Positions 18,801-28,101 of a stretch of 64,000 bases of DNA are shown here, piece by piece. Both the position numbers and the translations under genes were made by a program. The notes beneath the pieces are model-generated. The model saw only the letters and a list, made by a program, of their open reading frames with translations, was not told the origin of the DNA and searched no databases. Positions within the stretch are counted from its first letter, which is position 1; each line of letters starts with the position of its first letter. Source of the stretch: Candidatus Parcubacteria bacterium (GTDB lineage Bacteria; Patescibacteriota; Minisyncoccia; Phycocordibacterales; Zambryskibacteraceae); contig JAIFWP010000001.1 in NCBI GenBank assembly GCA_019661785.1, positions 11,545 through 75,544 of the forward strand. Direction: 5' to 3'.

Positions 18801-19217
18801 ATGACCCTTCAAATCATATTCGCAGCGTCCGGCGTGGGCATAGCCGCCATCATCTGGGCCAAGGTCCTAGAGGATAAGCACAAGAGGAAGCCCGCACTCC
18901 TGCGCCTTATCTCTCTCGGCGACGCGCATGCCCGCACTCTCTCGCACGAGCTCTCGCGCAGATACTTCGAGTGGAAGGAGGAAGCGGATTTCTTCCTCAA
19001 TAAGGAACTCCCTTTTCGCACGAGGACCTTCATCAATAAGACCAACGTTACGGTCAAAGAGAGGTTCGACAAGCATGTGGGGGACATCCGTGGGTCCAAG
19101 TTCCTAAAGAAGAACGACGGTTTGAACGAATTTTTCAAGAATCTTTCCGAAAAAGAGAATGGTCGGATTGATGACGAATTATCACAGGATAGTTCGGAGA
19201 TTGAACCAAGAAGCTAA
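18801..19217 (+). CDS. Hypothetical membrane-anchored protein
   Basis: N-terminal hydrophobic segment; fills the gap between tsf and the tRNA. Confidence 0.75.
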   Translation: MTLQIIFAASGVGIAAIIWAKVLEDKHKRKPALLRLISLGDAHARTLSHELSRRYFEWKEEADFFLNKELPFRTRTFINKTNVTVKERFDKHVGDIRGSKFLKKNDGLNEFFKNLSEKENGRIDDELSQDSSEIEPRS

Positions 19218-19243
19218 AAGCTATAAGCTTGAAGCAGTTACGT

Positions 19244-19319
19244 GCCGCCTTAGCTCAGTTGGTAGAGCAACACTTTTGTAAAGTGAAGGTCCTCGGTTCG
19301 AATCCGAGAGGCGGCTCCA
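19244..19319 (+). tRNA. tRNA-Thr(UGU)
   Basis: GCCGCCT/AGGCGGC acceptor stem, D arm AGCTCAGTTGGTAGAGC, anticodon loop TTTGTAA, GGTTCGAATCC, encoded CCA; 76 nt. Confidence 0.93.
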
Positions 19320-19326
19320 AATTTAA

Positions 19327-20040
19327 CTAGTTACTAGTCGGTGTCGAGGTGGCGGCGGTGGAGGAGGCCTTGAGGGCGTTTAGGCGCTCTTGCTCAACCT
19401 TGAGGCGGGCGAGGGCTGGGATGGACTTCTCGAGCTCTGAGAGGGGTCTGAAGCCGTAGTAGGGGTCGCCGTTAACGACGAGTACTGGCAAGGTCGGACC
19501 GAGCTTATATATGGCCCTTAAGGTGTGCATAGCCTCAAGGTCGAGGTTGTAGTCGAAGGAGTATATGCGTAGGTCAGGGAACTCGTCATGGAGGGCGGTG
19601 AGCACGTAGCCCATCTTCTGGCAGTCGTCACAGTCGCCAGCATTGGAGTAGAAGTAGAGTATGAAGGTTGGGTGCGTGCCGCACTTCTCTGTCACTCTTT
19701 TCATTAGCAGATAATCGCGGATTTCTAGGAGCGAGTACTGGCTTTTGAGCAGGATGACGTTCTCGTTGTCGGTGCCTCTTTGCGCCTCCGCTACGGAGAG
19801 CTTGTCGGCCAGGTCGCCAAGTTCCTTGGATAGGGTGATGGTCTTGCCCACATCCTTGCAGGAGGTCTCCTCTAGGAGCTGGGACTGCGTCTCTGAGGCC
19901 AAGATGTCAAAGGAGAGCTGGTCCTCGATTCCCTGTATGGTAGCGAGCTTCTTCTGCGAGAAGTAGTTGGATACGAAAAGGGCTGTGCCAAAGATAATGG
20001 CCGTGATAAGAAAAGCGAAGAGGTATTTGCGGTTGTCCAT
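19327..20040 (-). CDS. Membrane-anchored protein with a thioredoxin-like CxxC domain
   Basis: N-terminal TM helix, ILYFYS...CDDC, later TLPVLVVNG. Confidence 0.75.
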   Translation of the reverse strand: MDNRKYLFAFLITAIIFGTALFVSNYFSQKKLATIQGIEDQLSFDILASETQSQLLEETSCKDVGKTITLSKELGDLADKLSVAEAQRGTDNENVILLKSQYSLLEIRDYLLMKRVTEKCGTHPTFILYFYSNAGDCDDCQKMGYVLTALHDEFPDLRIYSFDYNLDLEAMHTLRAIYKLGPTLPVLVVNGDPYYGFRPLSELEKSIPALARLKVEQERLNALKASSTAATSTPTSN

Positions 20041-20052
20041 GCGTGGCGGGGC

Positions 20053-21300
20053 CTATTTCCAGCTTATCTGCTTCCGCATGAGAGTACTATAAGTCGCCTT
20101 AGCAAGCCAGAGGGGAGGAAGGAAGATGTATAGAGCGAGGTAGTAGAACACATCCTTGCCCAGACGCACTCGACCCTCTGATATTTTGAGCGAGAAGAAG
20201 AGGAGGACTAGAGAGAGGGCCACAGCTGTCGAAGCGAGCCAGAACATGGTGCCGGTATCCATAGCAAACCAGTTAATGCTGAAGCTTGGCACATGAGGGT
20301 TGAAGCCGACTGCCTGGTACTTGAGCATCTGGTCGGGGATTTTTGCCACCATGCTCCAGACGAAGTTGCCCGCGGCGTATAAAGTGCTGAAGATAGAGAA
20401 GGTGGCCATGGGCAGGATGTAAACTCCTATGTGCCCATACTTCTTGTTGAAGTACATGTCGCGATAGTCGAAGGCATTGTTCAAGAATCCATAAGCCCAG
20501 CGCACTCGTTGCTTGTAGAGGCCTTTTAGCTTAGCTGGACCGATAGTGTATACAAAGGCGCTGTGGGAGTTGGCTATCTTGTAACCATGCTTCTGCATGC
20601 GGAGAGCCATCTCCATGTCCTCGGTGTGGTGAGCATGGCGATAGCCTCCAAGCTCGCTAAAGACCCTCGTGCGGAAGATGGAGAAAGGTCCAGGGGTGAC
20701 ATAGAGAGCCCCCATGGAGGCGAGTATTCGGCGCAGGAGGATGCCCCAGCTGTACTCTATCTTCTGCACATACTGGAGGACTGTCTTAGGCTCGTGGATT
20801 TTAATAGATGGGGTAACAGCCATGGTGTTCTCATCGTTGAAGTAGGGGACTATCTTCCTTAGAGCGGCGCTGTCGACGAAGGAGTCGGCATCGAGACAGC
20901 CCACAAGCTCGGTATCTACGATGGCGAGGCCGGCGTTAAGCGCGGCAAATTTGCTCCCCTCATTACGCTTCGAGAGTATTCTCACCTGAGGATGGTCTTT
21001 GAACTTCTGAAGCACTTTGAGTGTGCCGTCCGTAGAGCCGTCATCTACGAGGATGAGGGACAGGCTCTGGCTGGGGTAGTCGAGGTCAAGGAGGGATTTA
21101 ACGGTCTTCTCTACCGACCTCTCCTCGTTAAAAGAGGGCACAATGATAGAGACCGACGGGTAATGGCCGACCTCCTTTCCGTCGTGCTCCTTCTCGAACT
21201 TTATCTCCTCACGAATCTCAAAATAAGTGATGAGCAAAAGAATCTCGAAGAAGAGCGAGGCAAAAAGCGTAAAGTATAGGAAAAGACTAGAAATGGCCAT
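20053..21300 (-). CDS. Processive family 2 glycosyltransferase (cellulose synthase/PgaC-like)
   Basis: DDGSTD, DADS, TED, QRVRW and flanking TM helices. Confidence 0.93.
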   Translation of the reverse strand: MAISSLFLYFTLFASLFFEILLLITYFEIREEIKFEKEHDGKEVGHYPSVSIIVPSFNEERSVEKTVKSLLDLDYPSQSLSLILVDDGSTDGTLKVLQKFKDHPQVRILSKRNEGSKFAALNAGLAIVDTELVGCLDADSFVDSAALRKIVPYFNDENTMAVTPSIKIHEPKTVLQYVQKIEYSWGILLRRILASMGALYVTPGPFSIFRTRVFSELGGYRHAHHTEDMEMALRMQKHGYKIANSHSAFVYTIGPAKLKGLYKQRVRWAYGFLNNAFDYRDMYFNKKYGHIGVYILPMATFSIFSTLYAAGNFVWSMVAKIPDQMLKYQAVGFNPHVPSFSINWFAMDTGTMFWLASTAVALSLVLLFFSLKISEGRVRLGKDVFYYLALYIFLPPLWLAKATYSTLMRKQISWK

Positions 21301-21324
21301 AAATCTCAGTTACTATATCGTATA

Positions 21325-22485
21325 ATGCCCGATTTGCAAAAAACGCATCATATATCCTTAGACGATGAGAAGGCCCTTATCCTTAGCCTCGACAAGCGCA
21401 CTGACGCCGAGAGCGCCCGCATGCGCCGCTACCTCGGCATGCCCGACCTCTCAAGGACGCATGGGAGCCCTATACATGAGATGGTTGAGCGAGTCTTAGC
21501 GAGGCCCGAGTTCAAAAACTTCGACATCATAGAGACTCCTGAGATTGTTCCTGCGGATATAAGCTTCGACCTTTTCGACTTTCCGGCTAATCATCCGGCT
21601 CGCAGCTCGTCCGACACGTATTATGTTACCGACAAGAACATTCTCCGTACGCACACAACGGTGATGTGGTACTACTACCTGCAGTTGCCTGAAGTACGTG
21701 AGCGGATGGCGCGCGGCGAGTCGGTGGGCAGCTTCTCTTTCGGCAAAGTATATAGAAAGGACGAGATAGACAGAAACCACATGAATGTCTTCCATCAGCT
21801 CGACGGGTGGTATCTCGCGCCAAAGGACAAAGAGCCGCTCGGCGAGGAAGAGCTCAAGGGAGTCCTCCTGTCTATTGCCAAAGCTGTCTTCGGCGAAGCG
21901 GTCATAAGCCGATTCAACCCAGATACCTTCCCCTACACCAACCATTCGCTTGAGATGGAGATAGATAAAAATGGCAAATGGGTCGAGGTTTTGGGAAGCG
22001 GGATAGTGAAGGATAGCGTATTAGAGAAGTTTGGCATTGATTCGACGAAGTGGAACGGCTGGGCCTTCGGCTTCGGGCTCGAGCGGCTGGCTATCATCTC
22101 AATGGAGCTTCCAGACATCCGACTCCTGTGGTCGGAGGACGAACGAGTGAAGAAGCAGCTTGTACTTGGGCAGAAATATAAGGAAGTATCTAAGTTCCCA
22201 CCCGTAGTACGCGATATTTCGTTTGTGGTGGATAATGCCTCCTTTGTCTTAAATGATTACTTTGACTCTATCCGCGAGATTGGAGGCGACCAAGTGGAGC
22301 AAGTCGAGCTCATCGATAAGTATGAGAATGCCGCTAAGTTCGGCGCAGACAAAACAAGCTACACCTTCCGCATTACCTATAGAGATCTCAACAAGACACT
22401 GACTAACTCTGAAGTTAACGACATGCATGCCAAGGTTGAGGAGGCTACGGCTAAGGAATTCGGCGGGGTAATACGTCTCTCGTAA
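21325..22485 (+). CDS. pheS: Phenylalanyl-tRNA synthetase, single-chain type (PheS catalytic domain fused to the FDX-ACB anticodon domain)
   Basis: HPAR..SDTYY, LRTHTT, FHQLDG, FPYT, GWAFGFGLERL; C-terminal SKFPPVVRDISF...YRDLNKTLT. Confidence 0.93.
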   Translation: MPDLQKTHHISLDDEKALILSLDKRTDAESARMRRYLGMPDLSRTHGSPIHEMVERVLARPEFKNFDIIETPEIVPADISFDLFDFPANHPARSSSDTYYVTDKNILRTHTTVMWYYYLQLPEVRERMARGESVGSFSFGKVYRKDEIDRNHMNVFHQLDGWYLAPKDKEPLGEEELKGVLLSIAKAVFGEAVISRFNPDTFPYTNHSLEMEIDKNGKWVEVLGSGIVKDSVLEKFGIDSTKWNGWAFGFGLERLAIISMELPDIRLLWSEDERVKKQLVLGQKYKEVSKFPPVVRDISFVVDNASFVLNDYFDSIREIGGDQVEQVELIDKYENAAKFGADKTSYTFRITYRDLNKTLTNSEVNDMHAKVEEATAKEFGGVIRLS

Positions 22486-22486
22486 T

Positions 22487-23077
22487 ATGGCATGGATATA
22501 TAGAGTTGGTCTTCTGAAAAGCGATGTTGATGAGTCTTTGCTTAAAAAGTCTGAGCTCAAGTATGAGGAAGTGGAGGTGGAGACTGCTCTACGCGCGCAT
22601 ATAGATGAGACTTTAGGGAAGCCATATAAACTCCAGACATCTATGCGAGAGGATGCCCCAAACTTCTTCAGCTGTTCGTCCTTGCCGAGTTACCTATATG
22701 TTTTTGCCGGAGTGTTCATGCCGAGCCTCGTCATAGAGAAGTTTAATTTTACTAAGCCAGTTACTCGAGAGGAGCTAAGGTTTGGCGACTTCGTCTACTC
22801 CTTCAACGATGCAGATGTGGACAGGAAGTCGCCGAACCACATGGGCATATATATGGGTGATGGCAAAATCCTCCAAGCCGCAGGGTATTGGTATAAGGGG
22901 CAAGTGCTCATCGAGGATCTGGACAAGAGCCCTTCCTTCGAAAATATTGTAGGATATGGCAGAGTAGTAGATGACTTGAGCGAGAAGCGATATGTGGTCG
23001 AGATACCCGAGGACAGGCCCGACTTGCAAAATAAGAACAATTTGATAAAAGAGTTAGAAAAATATGGCCACCAATAA
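22487..23077 (+). CDS. NlpC/P60-like (papain-fold) protein
   Basis: LGKPY...FSCSS...GDFVY...NHMGIYMGDGKILQA. Confidence 0.75.
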   Translation: MAWIYRVGLLKSDVDESLLKKSELKYEEVEVETALRAHIDETLGKPYKLQTSMREDAPNFFSCSSLPSYLYVFAGVFMPSLVIEKFNFTKPVTREELRFGDFVYSFNDADVDRKSPNHMGIYMGDGKILQAAGYWYKGQVLIEDLDKSPSFENIVGYGRVVDDLSEKRYVVEIPEDRPDLQNKNNLIKELEKYGHQ

Positions 23078-23702
23078 GCCAGCCAGCAAAGATAGGCGAC
23101 AAAAGCCCGAGACCAAGGTCACGGTGAAGACCATTTTGCCTGTACCCTTTGTCTCGCAGTACGAGATAGGACGCGACTCCGACGGTCTCTCGCGCGCCTG
23201 CGGCGCCGCTTGCGTGAAGATGGTTCTCGACTACAGGGGCGGTGAGGCTCCCAACTTCCTTGCTCTCGTGCGCGAGGGTCAGACTATGCGTGGGGCGTAC
23301 ATCTCCGGTATCGGCTGGACTCATGCTGGACTTGCAGCACTCCTAAGGAACCACAACGTCGGTGCCTATGCCGAGGAGTTCCGCGCGGTTGATGTCGATG
23401 CCAAGAACAGGGAGTTCCTCCCATCGCACTTCGAGGCTGGACATATTGAGCGCGGTATACAAAAGATTGCAGGCAAGATTTTAGACTGGAAGCAGCCAGT
23501 CATCGTCTCAGGAGTGAAGAATTGGAAAGAGAAGGACAAATGGCACCTCATGGTGGTCACAGGCGTAGAGAAGGATGGAGACAGGATAGCCGGCTTTTTC
23601 TATCACGACCCAGACGACGAGGACAAAGATGGTCGAGACAACTTCGTAGACAAGGAAACCTTCCGCACCTACTGGCGCAAGTTTGCGATATTCGTGGACT
23701 AA
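23064..23702 (+). CDS. Peptidase C39-like family protein
   Basis: VPFVSQY, ACGAACVKMVL, HLMVVTG, YHDP. Confidence 0.85.
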   Translation: MATNKPASKDRRQKPETKVTVKTILPVPFVSQYEIGRDSDGLSRACGAACVKMVLDYRGGEAPNFLALVREGQTMRGAYISGIGWTHAGLAALLRNHNVGAYAEEFRAVDVDAKNREFLPSHFEAGHIERGIQKIAGKILDWKQPVIVSGVKNWKEKDKWHLMVVTGVEKDGDRIAGFFYHDPDDEDKDGRDNFVDKETFRTYWRKFAIFVD

Positions 23703-23737
23703 GGTAGAGTTAAGTCAGGCCTGAACCCGGAGGACGA

Positions 23738-23980
23738 ATGGACGGCATAACCGATCTTTCCCCCCGCGGTACACACACACGCACACATGTAGTCTACAAA
23801 GAGTTCAGATATGTGCCCGACACGGCCGGTACTGAAAGCCTTGTCGATAAAGCAGGAGAAGAGTCTGCTGCCGAAGTTGCAGAAGTCCCCGTGATTCCGG
23901 ACATCGAGGGCGAGAACCTGCCTTATTTTCAACTCATTCTCCTCGAGCTCCTTACCGACGAAACCCGCCTCGCATCCTGA
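23738..23980 (+). CDS. Small acidic hypothetical protein (orphan unit D)
   Basis: GGAGG 23729-23733; TTGCGA-16-TAGAGT upstream; terminator over the stop. Confidence 0.6.
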   Translation: MDGITDLSPRGTHTRTHVVYKEFRYVPDTAGTESLVDKAGEESAAEVAEVPVIPDIEGENLPYFQLILLELLTDETRLAS

Positions 23981-23993
23981 GGCGGGTTGTTTT
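23962..23993 (+). terminator. Terminator of unit D
   Basis: AACCCGCCTC/GAGGCGGGTT stem followed by GTTTT. Confidence 0.8.
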
Positions 23994-24007
23994 ACTTATA
24001 AAAGAGA

Positions 24008-24031
24008 ACCGCGCACTAGCTAGTGCGCGGT
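24008..24031 (-). terminator. Perfect palindrome over the stop codon of unit E
   Basis: ACCGCGCACTAG-CTAGTGCGCGGT, followed on the minus strand by TCTCTTTT. Confidence 0.75.
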
Positions 24032-24673
24032 GGAGAGGCCCAATGCTCGGACAAAGAGCTTAATGACATCATCGACCTTGCCACTCATCACCAGGTCGAT
24101 ATGCTTGTCCTCCATACCGCATTCGCCGAGCTTTTGGAGGAAGAGCTCTTTGTGCTTGTCTGGTGGCGGGAGCGGGGTAGGCAGTGTGTCGGCGCCCTTC
24201 TCTTGGGCAGGAAGGCCGAGTATTTCCACCATCGTCTTTCTTGCTTCGGCCAGGGTCTGCTTTTTGTTGCCCATCTCTTCGATCAGGCAATAAGCAGCGT
24301 TGCTACCGGCGCTCTCTGTACTGAGGATGCAGATGAGGCCGAGGAGGAGATGTTCGGTGCCGACGTAGCTCATGCTGAGCCCTCGAGCCTCCGACATGGC
24401 CGACTCGAGCACTTTCTTGGCTTTGAAGGTATAGGGGAGATCCGGGCCCGCCTTCCCTTTGCCCTTTGACAACCTTTTCTCGATCTCTCTATTAAGCTTG
24501 TCGAGGTCGATATTGAGGCGGAGCAGGATCGTTGCGCCAACCCCTTCCCCCTCGCGCAGCAACCCGAGCAGGATGTGCTCAGGCCCGACGAACTCGTGAT
24601 GGAAACGCGCTGCTTCCTCGCGAGCCATTGAAAGGACCTTGCGTACTCGTTCGGTAAAGTTGTAGCCGTTCAT
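24020..24673 (-). CDS. Stand-alone Clp N-terminal (ClpC repeat) domain protein with an unrelated C-terminal tail (unit E)
   Basis: MNGYNFTERVRKVL..AREEA...VGPEHILLGLLREGEG and second repeat YVGTEHLLLGL; no AAA+ Walker motifs; AGGAGG before ATG. Confidence 0.88.
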   Translation of the reverse strand: MNGYNFTERVRKVLSMAREEAARFHHEFVGPEHILLGLLREGEGVGATILLRLNIDLDKLNREIEKRLSKGKGKAGPDLPYTFKAKKVLESAMSEARGLSMSYVGTEHLLLGLICILSTESAGSNAAYCLIEEMGNKKQTLAEARKTMVEILGLPAQEKGADTLPTPLPPPDKHKELFLQKLGECGMEDKHIDLVMSGKVDDVIKLFVRALGLSTAH

Positions 24674-24752
24674 GGACCCCTCCTGGGGCAGCTGGATGTC
24701 TATTCCCACCCTATCATTTACCCCTAAAATTTGCTATAATTATGGGTACCAA

Positions 24753-26813
24753 ATGCCCGAAAAAGCCAAGCAAACAGGCCATAAATACGACGCCCAATCC
24801 ATCACCGTCCTTGAGGGTCTGGAACCTGTCCGCAAGAGACCCGGGATGTACATTGGTACGACGGGTCCCGACGGCCTCCATCACCTCATCTGGGAGATTT
24901 TTGACAACTCACGCGACGAGGCCATGGGCGGCTTTGCGAGCGACATTGAGGTGGCTCTTCTGCCAAGTAACCGCATCAGAGTAGTCGACAACGGCCGCGG
25001 CATACCAGTCGACACTCACAAGCAGACCAAGGTATCGGCTCTTGAGACTATCATGACTACGCTCCATGCCGGAGGTAAGTTCTCTGGCGAGGGCTACCAA
25101 GTCTCGGGCGGACTGCACGGTGTGGGCGCCTCGGTAGTGAATGCCCTCTCCACTTACTGCCGCGTTGACGTGCACAAGGACGGCGGTATCTACATGCAGG
25201 AGTACGCTATGGGCAAGCGCAAGGCCGCAGTGAAGAAGGTGGGTTCTACCAAACAGCAAGGCACAGTTGTGACCTTCCAGCCTGACCCATCCATATTCCC
25301 CGACACCAACTTCGACTTCAAAAAGGTTGTGAACCACTTGCGCCAGCAGGCTTACCTCGTTAAGGGCCTTCGCATCACTGTCATTGACGCCAGAGAAACT
25401 CCTAAGGTGGATGCAGAAGACGTCTTCTACGTCCGCGAGCTAGGACTTGAGGCACCAAGCATGGGCTTCTACTTCGAGGGCGGGCTCATGTCCTTGGTTA
25501 AGTTTGAGAACCAGCTCCAGAAGCCGGTACACAAAAATATCTTCTATGTGGAGAAAGCTGCCAATGGTAACGACTATGAGACTGTCGAGGTAGCGTTACA
25601 GTATGTCGACGACATCTCCTCGCGCATATTGCCCTTCGCCAACAACATCTACAATGCCGAGGGCGGCACGCATGTCACAGGCTTCAAGACCGCTCTCACC
25701 AGAACTTTAAACACATACGCCCGCAAAAATAATTTAGTGAAGGAGAGCGAGGACAACTTCACTGGTGAGGATGTGCTCGAGGGTCTTACGGCTGTCATCT
25801 CGGTCAAACTGCGTGAGATACAGTTCGAGGGTCAGACTAAGGGCAAGCTTGGCTCAGTAGAGGCTCAGGCTATGGTCACAACCATCTTCGGTGAGGCTTT
25901 CTCTGCCTTCCTTGAGGAGAACCCAGACGACGCTAGAGCCATGATAAACAAGGTGGTCCTCGCCCTTAAGGCCAGGAAGGCTGCTAAGGCTGCTAAGGAC
26001 TCTGTGCTGCGCAAGGGCGCTCTTGAGGGCATGACCCTGCCCGGCAAGCTCGCAGACTGCTCCTCGCGCTCAGCTGAGGAGTCTGAGCTCTTCATCGTAG
26101 AGGGAGACTCTGCCGGCGGTACGGCCAAGATGGGCCGCGACAGGCGCACTCAGGCTATCCTGCCTTTGCGCGGAAAGATTTTGAACATCGAACGTGCTCG
26201 TTTGGACCGTATGCTTGGGAGCGAGCAAATCAAGAACCTCGTTGTGGCTCTCGGTACAGCCATAGGAGACACCTTCGACCTCTCTAAACTCCGCTACCAT
26301 AAGATAATCATAGCTACGGATGCCGACGTCGACGGCGCGCACATACGCACGCTCCTCCTCACGCTCTTCTACCGACACTTCCGCCTAGTTATCGATGGGG
26401 GCTTTATATACATCGCGCAGCCGCCTCTCTACAAGATAAGGAAGGGTAAGGAAGTGCACTATGCGTACACAGACGCGGAGAAGAACAAGATTGTCGGAGC
26501 TGATATAAACGTCGAGGATACTATTGAGGAGAATGCCGAAATAAATACAGAGGATACCGAAGCAGAGGAAGAGGAGAACCCAAAGAAGAAGTCAGCTAAA
26601 GTCTCTATCCAGCGCTACAAAGGTCTGGGAGAAATGAACGCAGAGGAGCTCTGGGAGACGACCATGGACCCTAAGGTCCGCATATTGAAGCAAGTCACCG
26701 TGGAAGACGCTCGCGATGCCGACAAAGTCTTCGACATCCTCATGGGCACCGATGTCCCGTCCCGCAAATCCTTCATCCAGTCAAACGCAAAGAAAGCTAC
26801 GCTCGACGTTTAA
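24753..26813 (+). CDS. gyrB: DNA gyrase subunit B
   Basis: YDAQSITVLEGLEPVRKRPGMYIG, GGLHGVG, EGDSAGG, DADVDG, QRYKGLGEM. Confidence 0.97.
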   Translation: MPEKAKQTGHKYDAQSITVLEGLEPVRKRPGMYIGTTGPDGLHHLIWEIFDNSRDEAMGGFASDIEVALLPSNRIRVVDNGRGIPVDTHKQTKVSALETIMTTLHAGGKFSGEGYQVSGGLHGVGASVVNALSTYCRVDVHKDGGIYMQEYAMGKRKAAVKKVGSTKQQGTVVTFQPDPSIFPDTNFDFKKVVNHLRQQAYLVKGLRITVIDARETPKVDAEDVFYVRELGLEAPSMGFYFEGGLMSLVKFENQLQKPVHKNIFYVEKAANGNDYETVEVALQYVDDISSRILPFANNIYNAEGGTHVTGFKTALTRTLNTYARKNNLVKESEDNFTGEDVLEGLTAVISVKLREIQFEGQTKGKLGSVEAQAMVTTIFGEAFSAFLEENPDDARAMINKVVLALKARKAAKAAKDSVLRKGALEGMTLPGKLADCSSRSAEESELFIVEGDSAGGTAKMGRDRRTQAILPLRGKILNIERARLDRMLGSEQIKNLVVALGTAIGDTFDLSKLRYHKIIIATDADVDGAHIRTLLLTLFYRHFRLVIDGGFIYIAQPPLYKIRKGKEVHYAYTDAEKNKIVGADINVEDTIEENAEINTEDTEAEEEENPKKKSAKVSIQRYKGLGEMNAEELWETTMDPKVRILKQVTVEDARDADKVFDILMGTDVPSRKSFIQSNAKKATLDV

Positions 26814-28014
26814 TCTCTTCTCTTAGTTTTGAAATGAGTTCTTCGATTGAGAGGACTTCCTTAGTGCCGTTGCGACTTTCTACAGTGAGTTTCTGGTCAG
26901 CTACCTCCTTGTCGCCTATGACTATGGCGTAGGGGATTTTCTCGGTTTTCACATTGCGGACCTTCTTGCCCAAAGACTCGCTAGATTCATCGAGTTCGGC
27001 GCGGATGCCCTCGGCTTTTAACTTCTCTGTCACTGACTTTGCGTATTCAAAGTGAGCTTCGCCAATAGGGAGGACCTTCACCTGCACAGGAGCGAGCCAG
27101 AGAGGGAGGACTCCCTCAAGATGCTCAAGGACTACAGCCACGAAGCGTTCAATGGAGCCCATGATAGCGGAGTGGATCATGACTACGCGCTCCTTCTCAC
27201 CTTTTTCGTTCACGCAGGTGAGGTCGAAGCGCTCTGGGAGCTGCATGTCGAGCTGGATGGTAGCTACCTGCCACTCGCGGCCGGCGGCGTTCTTCGCTAC
27301 GAAGTCGAGCTTCGGTCCGTAGAGAGCGGCTTCGCCCGGTCCCTCGAAGAAGTCTGCTCCGCGCTCGGCAGCTATCTCACGCAACTCACTCTCGGCCTTG
27401 TCCCATATAGCTGGAGTGCCAAGGTACTTCTCTGGTGTTGCCGGGTCGCGGAAGGAGAGGCGCACTCGCAGGGTGAAGCCGAAGGCCTTGTAGAAGCTGT
27501 CTACGATATCCCATATCTTATTGAACTCGTCCTTAATCTGCGGAGTGCGGCAGAAGACGTGTGAGTCGTCCTGAGTGATAGAGAGCACGCGAGTAAGGCC
27601 GCCAAGCTCGCCGGACTGCTCGTCGCGGTAGACCATGGTCGTCTCGGCGTAGCGCTGAGGCATCTCGCGATAGCTGTGGGGCTTGCGGGCGAATATCTGT
27701 ATATGGTGAGGGCAGTTCATTGGCTTGAGCGCATACTCCTTGCCCTCGCGCGAAGTAAGCTTGAAGAGGTCATCAGCGAACTTCTCCCAGTGGCCGCTCG
27801 TCTCGTAGAGGTCTCGCTTGGTGATGTGAGGGATAGTGACGCGGTCGTAGTTGTGCTTGGAGCGGAGTTCCCAGACGAACTTGTCTAGCTCGCCGCGCAC
27901 TATTGTACCCTTAGGGGTCCAGAGGGGGAGTCCTGGGCCGACTAGCTCGGAGAAGGTGAAGAGGTCAAGCTCCTTGCCTAACCTGCGGTGGTCGTTGGGT
28001 TCCATTTCAGTCAT
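26797..28014 (-). CDS. thrS: Threonyl-tRNA synthetase lacking the N-terminal TGS/editing domains
   Basis: Starts at DHRRLGKELDLF; KPMNCPHH, YGPKLD, GSIERF, anticodon domain present. Confidence 0.95.
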   Translation of the reverse strand: MTEMEPNDHRRLGKELDLFTFSELVGPGLPLWTPKGTIVRGELDKFVWELRSKHNYDRVTIPHITKRDLYETSGHWEKFADDLFKLTSREGKEYALKPMNCPHHIQIFARKPHSYREMPQRYAETTMVYRDEQSGELGGLTRVLSITQDDSHVFCRTPQIKDEFNKIWDIVDSFYKAFGFTLRVRLSFRDPATPEKYLGTPAIWDKAESELREIAAERGADFFEGPGEAALYGPKLDFVAKNAAGREWQVATIQLDMQLPERFDLTCVNEKGEKERVVMIHSAIMGSIERFVAVVLEHLEGVLPLWLAPVQVKVLPIGEAHFEYAKSVTEKLKAEGIRAELDESSESLGKKVRNVKTEKIPYAIVIGDKEVADQKLTVESRNGTKEVLSIEELISKLREEIKRRA

Positions 28015-28032
28015 GGAAGAGATTGTAGCATT

Positions 28033-28060
28033 TTGACAATGAGGCTGGAAGGAGTATAAA
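28033..28060 (+). promoter_or_regulatory. Promoter of unit F
   Basis: TTGACA 28033-28038, 16 nt, TATAAA. Confidence 0.6.
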
Positions 28061-28101
28061 TATCCAAAGAAAGCATCCCTCAACCTTTTGCCGAGAGACT
28101 T

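Noticed and set aside
19244-21300. tRNA-Thr as the integration site of an island
   Set aside because: No integrase and no duplicated tRNA 3' end seen in the window
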